DNA from: Methanobacteriota archaeon
Lineage (GTDB): Archaea > Thermoplasmatota > E2 > DHVEG-1
Length of the DNA: 64,000 nucleotides
Reading direction: 5' to 3'
NCBI GenBank assembly: GCA_963769885.1
Contig: CAVYNH010000004.1
Coordinates: 32,001-96,000, forward strand
Shown: positions 50,423 to 60,451 of the stretch, piece by piece
Layout of the letters: each line of letters opens with the position of its first letter
How positions within the stretch are numbered: position 1 is the stretch's first letter
Made by a program: the position numbers and the translations under genes
Notes under the pieces: model-generated
Told to the model about the DNA's origin: nothing
The model's database searches: none
Seen by the model: the letters and a program-made list of their open reading frames with translations, nothing else

Positions 50423-50538
50423 GCTTGGGCAAGTGGTCTAGTGGTTATCAGAGGAAAATAACCGTTATGTTTTTTCGTTAAAATATTCAGCGAAGATTTC
50501 TACGGACTTACTAAAAAACCATTCTTTTTTCTCCCTTT
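50423..50538. repeat. Non-coding element, copy B
   Basis: Colinear with 39022-39140. Confidence 0.85.
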
Positions 50539-50638
50539 TCTTTCACTATATATTTTTATGACAAATATCACTCTGATATTAACGGAGTAGAACTGACTTG
50601 GGTCCTAAGAAAAAAAAGAATCAGGCTTGAAAGCTTGA

Positions 50639-50919
50639 TCATTTAACCACTGTGAACTGCCAGGAGGCGGCAAGTAGATTCTGATCACTATCGACCAAGA
50701 TGTTGCCTTCAGGGTCACGGAACGACGCATAGGCACGATACAAGCCCTCGCCGTTCTTTAAATCCCCTGCCCGAACAAGACCGTTGAAAATCTGATCCAA
50801 TGCAAGCTGCTGACCAGGTTCAATCATTCTAGGACTCGATTCATTGACTGCATCATTATCAAGGACCCACTCTCCAGATTGTGGATCGTGGAACTGCACC
50901 TGAATCGAGAGACATCCGC
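50639..50919 (-). pseudogene. Orphan 3' fragment homologous to the last ~93 codons of the 2004-aa S8 gene
   Basis: Gap-free match to 39627-39907 (IQVQF.DPQS.EW.LDNDAVNE.SPRMIEPGQQLALDQIFNGL...ASWQFTVVK); homology stops 11 bp from the OLD stop codon. Confidence 0.88.
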
Positions 50920-50930
50920 ATTTTCCTGCC

Positions 50931-52880
50931 TCATAATGCTTTTTTCAAAGTAATTATTTTATTAACAATATTCTCAATTGATTTACACGATTTTCCGTCA
51001 TTCTTAGCTTTCTTGATTAACTCCTCAAAAACTGTTGGGTTCTTATCAACTTGTTCAGAACGAAGGCAAAATTGTTTACAACACCCTGCTTTGAAAGTGG
51101 TGACAAAATCTAACCCCAGTTCACTTGACATCGTTTGTGGTAAATTCTGCTTGAAACATGCATATTTATCTGATATATTGTCGGGCCAATCTACTTCCGG
51201 TTCGCCACATAACTTTAACAATTTTCGATTTTCAATAGGCGTTGATTGAGGTTCTTCAGGAGGATGAAAATCACCATCCCATAATGGATATACTAATATT
51301 CCCATTTTTTGGAATATTATTAGTGGTTTGTCCATGTTTCCTTTGCCCATACAGGGTATTATGGGGATCCCTTCTGTCTCCATATTTATACCGATAGCTG
51401 CAGCCGTTCCCATGAGTGCAGCCTTATCGCTTTCCCCCTCGACTAAAATTACTAAATTAGAAAAAAAGCCTTCGTTCATAATCGGCGTCATAATTATTCT
51501 CAAACGGGCTTCTAAACTGTGCGGATTTAAGGTACCTTTTGGTTTTCCATCCGCTCGGTCAATAATTTCAGCTACCTCAAGTAAATTTGTCGATGTGATT
51601 TTTGCCTGTTTTGGTTTTGCTGGATCTATTGTCTTCTTCCGTATTGACCTTATTTGGTCAAGTTTTTTAATATCAACAAATAAAGGAGAGTGTGTAGTGT
51701 AAATAATCTGTATTTTATCGATAATTTCTCCAATTCTACCTGCTGCCAATTCTTGCAAAATATTTGCAAAATGACGCTGTCTGATTGGATGCTGATATAA
51801 TTCTGGTTCTTCGATACCTATTATGAGGTTTGGCAATTTTGCCTTAACAGTAGGAGGAACCCCTGGTTCGCCTTCTTTTTTTTCTTCTGTCGATTGTGTT
51901 ATTGCTAACTGTTGAAATAATGTTAAAATAAAAGCTCGTTGCAATCCATGGCCCACTCGATCTATTGATGATGGATAGTCATCTTCTATTAGTTTGATGT
52001 CTGCGATTGGTGATGGAATTTCTATTGTTTTTTGGAAATTCCAGTTTAATTTGATACCCGCATCAGGAATAAACTGTTTTAGGGCAGTATTCAAATTTTC
52101 TTCAAGAACGCCCAGCTCAGTGAAATCTTTAGCTTGTAAAATTTTTTCATATTCACTTTGTGTATTTTCCCCCAATCTGACCAGTTTTGTGTTTCCTGCT
52201 AGTGTTTTACGAACTACTAAATCCATAAGTTCAGTTAAGGGTGTGCCCTTTTTTTCCTCTGCATCCTCTGCAGCATCACGAACGGCAGGAATTAAAATGA
52301 ATTTTGTAAATTTTTCAAGATGACTGTTTCCAACAGCATTGAATCCAAAAAACTGACCATCATCTCTACGTCTTGTGCAAGAAGCTTTATTCGCCTCCTC
52401 CCATTGCTGAAGGAAACTTTCGCATTCTTCCTTGTTAGTATAATCTGGTAACCCAAAAGTTTCCTTCAATGAAGAGTATTCTTTTCTAAGTTGCGATGTG
52501 CCATGAGCAGATCTAAAAGAATCAAAAGCTGGATTCCGAAGACTTTCGCCATAATATTTTTGTATTGACTTTGGAGTCTGAAACGTAATTATTTTTTGAA
52601 CAGTAAGTGTATTGTCGAAAATATATTTATTAAAAAGGGTTTTTTCGTCTTGGTTCAAGTCTTTGTATCTGACGGATATGATTATTTCATTTGAAGTCTC
52701 ATGATTATAAAAATCTTCTTCAGTTATAGTATAATTTATTTCGTAGAAGATTCTTAGAGCTGTTAAAAAGGTTGATTTCCCTGATCCGTTTGGACCTATC
52801 AGGGCAATGAGTTGTTGACAATTAAGTGTTTCATCAACGATACAGCGAAAATTTTGTACCCGTAAACTTTCGATGATCAC
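50931..52880 (-). CDS. OLD-family ATP-dependent endonuclease (ABC ATPase plus TOPRIM)
   Basis: VQNFRCI, GPNGSGKS, GHGLQR, IEEPELYQHP, TTHSP, LVEGESD and WDGD motifs. Confidence 0.92.
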   Translation of the reverse strand: MIIESLRVQNFRCIVDETLNCQQLIALIGPNGSGKSTFLTALRIFYEINYTITEEDFYNHETSNEIIISVRYKDLNQDEKTLFNKYIFDNTLTVQKIITFQTPKSIQKYYGESLRNPAFDSFRSAHGTSQLRKEYSSLKETFGLPDYTNKEECESFLQQWEEANKASCTRRRDDGQFFGFNAVGNSHLEKFTKFILIPAVRDAAEDAEEKKGTPLTELMDLVVRKTLAGNTKLVRLGENTQSEYEKILQAKDFTELGVLEENLNTALKQFIPDAGIKLNWNFQKTIEIPSPIADIKLIEDDYPSSIDRVGHGLQRAFILTLFQQLAITQSTEEKKEGEPGVPPTVKAKLPNLIIGIEEPELYQHPIRQRHFANILQELAAGRIGEIIDKIQIIYTTHSPLFVDIKKLDQIRSIRKKTIDPAKPKQAKITSTNLLEVAEIIDRADGKPKGTLNPHSLEARLRIIMTPIMNEGFFSNLVILVEGESDKAALMGTAAAIGINMETEGIPIIPCMGKGNMDKPLIIFQKMGILVYPLWDGDFHPPEEPQSTPIENRKLLKLCGEPEVDWPDNISDKYACFKQNLPQTMSSELGLDFVTTFKAGCCKQFCLRSEQVDKNPTVFEELIKKAKNDGKSCKSIENIVNKIITLKKAL

Positions 52881-53135
52881 AATAATTCCTTTCTAGGATA
52901 TCCAGTTGATATATGCTTTTTCCTTTTCATTCTTCTCGAAAAAGTTATACCCTCGCTAACAACTCTTTCAGACTAGAAATGTTTTAGGGCCCTATAAATT
53001 AATCTAATTTTGATTTTATCAAGACGGTTAACAATGCAACTAATAAAAAGATTTTAATAGAACCTTTAGTTAAGAATCATGCATAGAGGCGCAGGATGAC
53101 AAAAGATGACATACTACTGAAATGGGGATATTTTC

Positions 53136-54269
53136 ATGCCGATTAAGTTTCTACATACGGCTGACTGGCAAATGGGTATGAAAGCTCTTCAAGCTGGCGA
53201 GAAAGCAAAGGAGGTTCGTGTTAAGCGTTTTGAGACAGCGAAGCGAGTTATTGAATTGGCAAAAAATGAATCTGTTGATTTTGTCATTCTTGCTGGTGAT
53301 TTATTTGAGCATCATGATATTGATGAATTAGTTGTCCGGAAAACAGTGGATATTCTGAACAACTTCAATCCCATTCCAGTCTTTATACTGCCAGGTAATC
53401 ATGATCCTCTTGTTTCCGGCGGCATCTGGGATCGGCATAGCTGGCAGCAAGTTAAAGGTCATATTACACTACTTCGAGAGGCTAAAGAAACCTTGGTCTC
53501 GGATCAGGTCGTCATTTATCCTTCGCCATTATCCCAGAAACAAAGTTCGACCGATCCGACAGAATGGATTCCAACCAGAACTCCTGGCGATAATCGTATT
53601 AGGATTGGGATCGCGCACGGTTCTTTAAACATATTACCTGAGCGTACCAACTTTCCTATTGCAGCTGACCGTGCGGATAAATGTTCATTGGATTGTTTGG
53701 CTCTTGGAGATTGGCACAGTTTCCTACAACATGGTCGGACTGTCTATCCTGGTACTATGGAGCAGACAAGCTTCACCGAAAAAGATTCGGGAAACGTTGC
53801 AATAGTAGAGATTAAGAAAGTGGGTAATGAGCCGATTGTTTTTAAAAAACATATTGGACAATTCCTTTGGAGCGAGCATCAACCAACTATTCAGGACAAA
53901 ACCGATGTTGATGGTTTTCGTGCCTTACTCTTGAAACAAGCATCGCTTTCCAACCAACTACTTAGGATAGCACCGATAATCACTCCAGAAGCCTCTTCAG
54001 ACGCTATATCCGAACTAAAAATACTTCGAGATGAGCTGTTTGAAGAATCATTCTTTCTCAACTGGCCAGATGAAATGTTTAATACCACCCTTGATACCTC
54101 AGCGCCCTTACCGGACGGACTACTATCTAATGTGGATATTGACTTCGCAAACATTCTCAATCACCGGATTCCAGATGGACCTGGCCAGGAGTTCGCATCA
54201 GCTGACTTAACAGTGGTCCTTGAGGCACGAACTCTTCTCAGACGAATTGCAAAAGAGGGGGCAAAATGA
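53136..54269 (+). CDS. Mre11/SbcD-like metallophosphoesterase nuclease (YhaO-like)
   Basis: HTADWQMG, AGDLFE, PGNHD, IAHG, LGDWH and YPGT.E motifs. Confidence 0.92.
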   Translation: MPIKFLHTADWQMGMKALQAGEKAKEVRVKRFETAKRVIELAKNESVDFVILAGDLFEHHDIDELVVRKTVDILNNFNPIPVFILPGNHDPLVSGGIWDRHSWQQVKGHITLLREAKETLVSDQVVIYPSPLSQKQSSTDPTEWIPTRTPGDNRIRIGIAHGSLNILPERTNFPIAADRADKCSLDCLALGDWHSFLQHGRTVYPGTMEQTSFTEKDSGNVAIVEIKKVGNEPIVFKKHIGQFLWSEHQPTIQDKTDVDGFRALLLKQASLSNQLLRIAPIITPEASSDAISELKILRDELFEESFFLNWPDEMFNTTLDTSAPLPDGLLSNVDIDFANILNHRIPDGPGQEFASADLTVVLEARTLLRRIAKEGAK

Positions 54270-56956
54270 TTCTCGAAGAAATCCAAGTAACTAACTGGCG
54301 AAAATTTCGTGAACCTCAGGCATTCAAATTCAAAGACGGAGTTAATTTATTAGTCGGCAGGAACGAAGCGGGTAAATCCACTCTCTTTGAAGCACTCACA
54401 AGGGCTTTTTTCGATCGATATAATTCCAAAAATGATGAAATCAAGGCTATGCAACCGATTGGGAGTTCTCTTGGGCCTGAAGTAAAAATCCAATTTCAAT
54501 CGAATGGTACTCGGTATATGAGCGTAAAACGGTTCATTCAAAACCCTCAAAGTCAATTATTTTCCGAACGAAATGGTAAATGGGAACTGAACCACGAAGG
54601 TGATAAAGCCGATGCATACATGCGCGAACTTCTGCAAGGAGAGACAGCACAAAGAACTGAGGCGAGACCTGAACACCGTGGTATCGCACAGGCCCTTTGG
54701 TACCTTCAAACAGATGGATCAATCCCAGTTACAGCCTGGAATGAGGGCGTCAAACAAGGTCTTCAAGGTCTAGTTAAGATTGCAGCAACTTCACCACGAG
54801 AAAGAAAAATTCTAGAAGGTATCGAAAAGGTATACAATGAGTACTGGACACCAAAAGGTCGTCTTACTTCAAATAGTGAATTAGCTAATCTTCAAGTAGA
54901 AATACCTATATTAGTAGAGAATTTGACAACGATTCGCGAAAAAGCTCGGATAGTAGATAGTTATAGAACTGACTTAGAGGAGTATTGTGATGAAGAATCC
55001 TTGAAAAAACTCGAACTTGGAAAAGCTGAAAATGAACTTATAGAACTAACCAAGCTCGTTCAAGCTGCAGAGATAGTAGAGAAAGAAAAGGAATCAAAAG
55101 AGAAGGCAAAGAAAGAGGCTTTTGAACGAAGACAAAAGCTCAAGCAGGATATCGAACAAATCCAAGGTCGACAGAGTAAGGTTATTGAGTTGAAAAACGA
55201 GTTTAAAAAATTAAATGAATCCTTAACCGAAATTGGAACAGATGCCAAATTAGAAGCAACTGCGAGCGAACGGCATGCTCGATGCTGGAAAGAAGAACTT
55301 GAACCTATCCTAAAGCATTTGGAAGACGAACTCCGCGCACTGCATGCTGTAGCAAATCTTAGAAAGCTGGAGAAAGAACAAGATCGTCTAAAGGAACATG
55401 GTCAAAAAATTATCCAAATCCGTTCCCAACTTGAAGACCGTAAAAAGGAACGTTCCGGAATATTATCTCCAGATATTCAGGAATGGAAAAAGTTCACAAA
55501 AGCCTCAGTTGACTTGAACATCGTAACAGCAAAGGTTGAGTCAAGTGCCGTTAGGGTAAAGTTTGAATGGGATGATACTAAGAAGAAAATCACGACTCGC
55601 CCCCCTCTCAAAGAATCGGGAAAGGGGGAGTTCATCGTTGCGGAGGCTACTGAGTTTATTGTCCAAGGAGTGGGCAAAATTCATATTCGCAGCGGGGCTC
55701 AAGACTTGAAGGATCTCCTATCTGAACAGGCTCAATTAAATCAAGACTTAGACAAAATACTACAACGATTTCATGTTAAAGATAAAGACGGCCTCGCGAC
55801 TCTGTATGAAAAGGGGCGCGATTTGGATCAAGCAATTACCAAATTAGATGAGAATCTTCAAGAAATAGAAAAAAGAGAACCTGATTGGGAAGAAGAGTTA
55901 TCACGCACTGAAAGAGGTATTGAAGAAGAAACTCGAGCAGCTGGAGAACTCGCCTCAGAAGCATTAAAGCAAGGAGGTCGTTCCATTAGGGAGCAAATTG
56001 CTAAAAAAGAAAGTGAAAAAGAAGGTCTAATAAGAAGAATTAAGGGGGAACAAGAACTTGCTGAAGCAGCAGGTAAAAAAAATTTGGATCTCCTGAAAAA
56101 GCAAGGAATCATATCCAGTACAATAGCAGAACGAAATGCGCAAATTGGGATGCATGAGGAAAACATCACTGAAATTCTACAAGCTTACGGGACTATTAAT
56201 CATCTCAAGGAACTGGTTATCAAAGCCGATGAGGAGCTTGCAATCGCTCAAACCTTATTAGAAGGGCTTCTCCAGGATTATGAAAAGAAGGTGGACACTC
56301 CCAGAAAACTCTATTCACAGTGCCAAGATCGGGTCAAGGAACTTGAAGGACAAATAAACGATTTGCGTACTAAGGTGATCTCCACAATGGCTCGTATCGA
56401 AGAATCCGCAGCCCAAGGTAACTATGGGCAACTGGCCGACTTGGAAATCGATGTTGAACAGAAAAGAAAGCGGGTTGAAGTCCTACAACGTCGTGCAAAT
56501 GGAGTAAAACTTTTACACGACATTGTGGCAATCCATGAAAAACAACGTTCCGCTGCTCTTTCAGGACCAGTCCAGGATCTTACAAATAGATGGCTTGGAC
56601 TTCTTACTGATAGCGATTATGATTTACTCCGTATTGATGAATTAATTAGGCCAGCAGGTGTTCACATGACTCGTTACAATGAGGATCTTCCATTGACAAG
56701 CCTTAGCTACGGCGCAAAAGAACAAATTATCGTGTTATTGCGACTTGCAATAGGTGTGCTTATAAGCAAGGATAGCCAGAATCTTGTAGTCATTGATGAT
56801 CATCTTGTTAATGCTGATCCGGTCCGTATGAAACGATTGTGCCTCATTCTTCAGGAAGCGTCTAAAACTTGCCAAATTATAATTGCAACATGCAATGGTA
56901 CGCCCTATGCAGGATTAAAAGCGCACTATGTAAGAGTCCCAGCAGATAAGACCTGA
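54266..56956 (+). CDS. Rad50/SbcC-like coiled-coil ATPase (YhaN/AAA_27-like)
   Basis: GRNEAGKST, long coiled coil, LSYGAKEQ and VIDDHLVNAD; ATGA overlap with the nuclease gene. Confidence 0.9.
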   Translation: MILEEIQVTNWRKFREPQAFKFKDGVNLLVGRNEAGKSTLFEALTRAFFDRYNSKNDEIKAMQPIGSSLGPEVKIQFQSNGTRYMSVKRFIQNPQSQLFSERNGKWELNHEGDKADAYMRELLQGETAQRTEARPEHRGIAQALWYLQTDGSIPVTAWNEGVKQGLQGLVKIAATSPRERKILEGIEKVYNEYWTPKGRLTSNSELANLQVEIPILVENLTTIREKARIVDSYRTDLEEYCDEESLKKLELGKAENELIELTKLVQAAEIVEKEKESKEKAKKEAFERRQKLKQDIEQIQGRQSKVIELKNEFKKLNESLTEIGTDAKLEATASERHARCWKEELEPILKHLEDELRALHAVANLRKLEKEQDRLKEHGQKIIQIRSQLEDRKKERSGILSPDIQEWKKFTKASVDLNIVTAKVESSAVRVKFEWDDTKKKITTRPPLKESGKGEFIVAEATEFIVQGVGKIHIRSGAQDLKDLLSEQAQLNQDLDKILQRFHVKDKDGLATLYEKGRDLDQAITKLDENLQEIEKREPDWEEELSRTERGIEEETRAAGELASEALKQGGRSIREQIAKKESEKEGLIRRIKGEQELAEAAGKKNLDLLKKQGIISSTIAERNAQIGMHEENITEILQAYGTINHLKELVIKADEELAIAQTLLEGLLQDYEKKVDTPRKLYSQCQDRVKELEGQINDLRTKVISTMARIEESAAQGNYGQLADLEIDVEQKRKRVEVLQRRANGVKLLHDIVAIHEKQRSAALSGPVQDLTNRWLGLLTDSDYDLLRIDELIRPAGVHMTRYNEDLPLTSLSYGAKEQIIVLLRLAIGVLISKDSQNLVVIDDHLVNADPVRMKRLCLILQEASKTCQIIIATCNGTPYAGLKAHYVRVPADKT

Positions 56957-57154
56957 AAGCAATAAGTGAATTTCGAAATCGGAGAATTGGTAATGATTGC
57001 AAATAAGAAACGAACTGAAGCATTCCATTTGGAGAAAAAAGCGATAAGGACCGTAGAAGATTTAATAATGAAATAGGGGCTTTGCCCTTATAATCCCTTC
57101 CGCCTTCGTTCCTTACATCTGATGGCAGTAGAACCCTTTTTCTAAAGAGAATAC

Positions 57155-57184
57155 TCAAGTGCTTCTTGCCATTAAAGCACTTGA
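57155..57184. repeat. 10-bp inverted repeat TCAAGTGCTT-N10-AAGCACTTGA upstream of the IS110 transposase
   Basis: Read directly from the sequence. Confidence 0.75.
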
Positions 57185-57204
57185 ATCTAAGGTGAGAACA
57201 CACT

Positions 57205-58182
57205 ATGGAAACACTCTATGGAGGCATAGACATCCACAAAGAAAAACTAGCAGGCTGCATCATGGACAAGGATGGAACCATCACCAGAGAACACACCTTT
57301 CCATCCTCAAGAAAGGCACTAGAACGCTTCCTCACCGGCATCCCCAACGCAGGCACAACCATCGCCATAGAAGCATGCGGAATGTGGAGAGGAACACACA
57401 AAATATTAACAGACATGGGGTACGACGTCAAACTGGCGAACCCGAAGAAAATCCATGATATCGCCTGTAAAAAGAAAACCGATCGAGCCGATGCCAAAAT
57501 CCTGACAGACCTCGTGAGGACGAAGTACCTCCCCGAGATCTGGATCCCAGACGAACACACCCTCAAGTTCAGGGATCTTACACGACACAAAGCCACCCTC
57601 ACACGACTCAAAACACAGATACAATGCAAGATCAAAAGCTACCAGCTCCGAAAAGGAGCACCATATAGCAAACACTGGAACAAAAACACCCTCGCAGCAC
57701 TCACCGAAGAAGAACCAGACATCCGAAACCTCATCACCATCTACACCACGATCACAGAAGAAGAAAAAGAAGTCATGAAAAGAATCAAACAACTTGCCCG
57801 ACAGAACAAAGAAACAACCCTGCTCATGACCATCCCAGGCATCGCCGAATTCTCCTCCCTCATGATCCTCGCCGAAATCGGCGACATCCACCGCTTCAAA
57901 ACACCCAAAGAACTCATCAGCTACGCAGGCCTCTACCCAGGCGTCTACCAATCCGCCACCACCGAACGAACTGTCCGAAACACCGCCGTGAACAAATGGC
58001 TGAAATGGATCATCTACGAATGCTCAGGACGAGCCATCACACTCGACCCACGATTCCAACACTCCTACTACCCAATCCAGAAACGAAAAGGACAACAGAC
58101 TGCACGACGATCCACCGCACGCAAAATGCTCACCATCATATGGTATATACTCACCAACCAAGAACCCTACAAAGCATCATAA
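57205..58182 (+). mobile_element. IS110-family transposase/recombinase (intact ORF)
   Basis: DEDD domain GIDIHK, IEACG, KTDRADA; C-terminal IPGI...ILAEIGDIHRF....LISYAGL.P..YQS. Confidence 0.95.
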
Positions 58183-58380
58183 AAAAAAAGCATTCAGAGT
58201 CCTCTATCGGACAACAAATCATGGAGGGCAAGGGCACCCCCAAAGACCCGCTAAGCCAAACAACACACTAGCTGTCTGAGCTTCCTCATCTGATTTGGGG
58301 GCTCTTCAACCACTTGCCACAATGTGCCACACAGAACGATGTGAGCACCCAGGAATGCTTGTGGATTAAGCCCTTGCCAA
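58183..58380 (+). ncRNA. Candidate bridge/seek RNA region (structured 3' non-coding end of IS110)
   Basis: Several complementary pairs immediately downstream of the transposase; function inferred from family knowledge only. Confidence 0.4.
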
Positions 58381-58520
58381 CAAAAAATATTAATCAAAAC
58401 GGAGGATACCAAAATAGCGAAACAGGAAAAAGAGTTCTAAGGAATGCGGGTCTTACGCTAATGCTTCAGACCGCGCAGTATTCCCGGCCGCTACGGATAA
58501 AATCTTTTCAATTCAAAAAT

Positions 58521-59003
58521 TCACGTAGTTTTTTCTGGTAAAATTATTACTGTAGGGTTCCATCTAAGATATTCGCCACGATATTCAATATCTATTAACA
58601 TTGATGAGGTAATTAGTAAAGAAACAGCCCTCGGTTTTTTAAGAAAGTCTCTGTATGTTTTGGGATAAACATAGGGTACAATAATATCTCTTCCAGGACG
58701 AATTGACCATAAAAATCCAAATAGTTCTTTATTTTCGAATTTTGTTATGATTATACATAATTGTTCATTTTTCTTAACATTATAATTTGATATATTTATT
58801 AGGCATACATCAAGATAGTAGTGGTTGAAACTATGAGGCGTATGTAATAGATATTCGAAATAATACTTTGGAATTATATTTATACTACCGATTGAATTCG
58901 TAGATTTATAGAAGATGTAATGATTTGGTAATTTCAATTTATCAAGTATTTTTGATTTTATTGTTATTTCACAAGTTTCTTCATCCATTTTATCATTTAT
59001 CAT
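58521..59003 (-). CDS. Hypothetical protein downstream of SIR2-like gene
   Basis: 160-aa very AT-rich ORF starting 5 bp after the SIR2 stop. Confidence 0.65.
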   Translation of the reverse strand: MINDKMDEETCEITIKSKILDKLKLPNHYIFYKSTNSIGSINIIPKYYFEYLLHTPHSFNHYYLDVCLINISNYNVKKNEQLCIIITKFENKELFGFLWSIRPGRDIIVPYVYPKTYRDFLKKPRAVSLLITSSMLIDIEYRGEYLRWNPTVIILPEKTT

Positions 59004-59008
59004 AGTTG

Positions 59009-60142
59009 TTATCCCATTGATTCAAATAAGTCCATGAGTTGTAAATTTGATTTGAAACCGCCATTAATGAAGATTGGATCCTTTACTATTTTTGTATATC
59101 TTTTTTTTAACTCATTATCTATATTTTTATTTATAATAAATATTTCCTTGTTGTTATATTCATTTATATATTGAAATAATTTTTTAGCTTCTTTATCATA
59201 ATCTGGAAAGGAATATCCAATGATATAGATAATATCAGCAGTTCTAATTTCATTTAATGCTTTCTTCCATAATCTCTTTAGGGAAAAATGAATATCTTTA
59301 CAATTGGGTGGAACTATAAAATGTCTTGACCAATTTTTAACCTTACATATTGGACATATTTCCGCATCATCTGGAGTTAGAAATGGAGCAGGGTAATAAA
59401 AAATAGTTTTACAGTTATAGCATTCATATAATGATAACGAGCCATGTAGCTTTAATATTGGTATTTTGCCTTTGGTTGGGTATTCAACTGGAAGAAAGCT
59501 TAGAAGATTAGTAAACTCTTCTATGTTTGGATACTTAACTCTAAAGAAATTCTTAATTTCTCGATTGCTGTAACCTAAATTATAGTTCTTGAAATTATCT
59601 TTATTTAGCCCTAAATCTGGAGAGGTCGATGCTAGATCATAAAGCGTTCCTAAAGTATGTTCTAAAAATAGATCATGATTAAAGGAAATTATTGAATTAG
59701 ACCTGCCAGAAAAAATTTTATATATAAAGTTCATAAATGAATTATCAGGAATTTTACATAATATAACATCATCTGCTTTTAGTAATAATTTATGATAATA
59801 ATTAAGCAGTCTGTTTAACTCTTTCATATCTTTTTTCTTTTCAAGATACGTCATTAATTCTTCAAATTTTAAACCATATTTTAAAAAATATTCACATTCA
59901 GCTTTGAGTTTATCTATAGAATCCTCCCCAAAAAATGGTTTTGGACCGTCGGTGAGAGTAAAATTTGGTGGTGGTTTATAGAGACTAATTATAGGTGTTT
60001 CATCTAATAATGATTTTATTTCTAGTTCAATGTAATTCAAATAATCTATAGAAAGAACATCACTCACTGATGGATATCCAAAACCCTTTGAAGCTCCTGC
60101 ACCTAATATATATACACGCTTAATGCATTGTAATTTACTCAT
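59009..60142 (-). CDS. SIR2-like (SIR2_2) protein with Zn ribbon
   Basis: ILGAGAS, SFNHD, LKLHGS, CYNC..CPIC, IVPP and IIGYSFPDYD motifs. Confidence 0.88.
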   Translation of the reverse strand: MSKLQCIKRVYILGAGASKGFGYPSVSDVLSIDYLNYIELEIKSLLDETPIISLYKPPPNFTLTDGPKPFFGEDSIDKLKAECEYFLKYGLKFEELMTYLEKKKDMKELNRLLNYYHKLLLKADDVILCKIPDNSFMNFIYKIFSGRSNSIISFNHDLFLEHTLGTLYDLASTSPDLGLNKDNFKNYNLGYSNREIKNFFRVKYPNIEEFTNLLSFLPVEYPTKGKIPILKLHGSLSLYECYNCKTIFYYPAPFLTPDDAEICPICKVKNWSRHFIVPPNCKDIHFSLKRLWKKALNEIRTADIIYIIGYSFPDYDKEAKKLFQYINEYNNKEIFIINKNIDNELKKRYTKIVKDPIFINGGFKSNLQLMDLFESMG

Positions 60143-60451
60143 ATTACATTCTCATAGTGATCTTGATTTGCACAATTTCAAATTATTGTGGCTCATGTCC
60201 GTGAATCATCGGACAGCATGAGAGTTTTAATACTTTGTTTCAGACAAATTGCTTTGACGAGAGTCATTCCTTGTACTTCGTTAGCTCAATTGATTATAAA
60301 GCTTTATGGTACATAGATGAATCGATGATTTACCTAAAGCCTGGAAGGTACATGGAAAAAAGAATCTTCCCTGCTGTAGGATTCATAGGTTATGTTGATA
60401 TTGTGAAGAATGAGCACAAAGAAGGATACAACAAGATATTCTTTAGATGAT

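Noticed and set aside
39627-50919. Duplicated 3' gene segment as a diversity-generating retroelement TR/VR pair
   Set aside because: Differences are mostly synonymous and involve all four bases rather than adenines only, and no reverse transcriptase is in the window.
50931-52880. Gabija or retron system
   Set aside because: No UvrD-like GajB or reverse transcriptase is adjacent.
53136-56956. Housekeeping mre11-rad50
   Set aside because: Island composition, YhaO/YhaN-type motifs (DWQMG, LSYGAKEQ), no evident zinc hook and no herA/nurA, so gene symbols were withheld.
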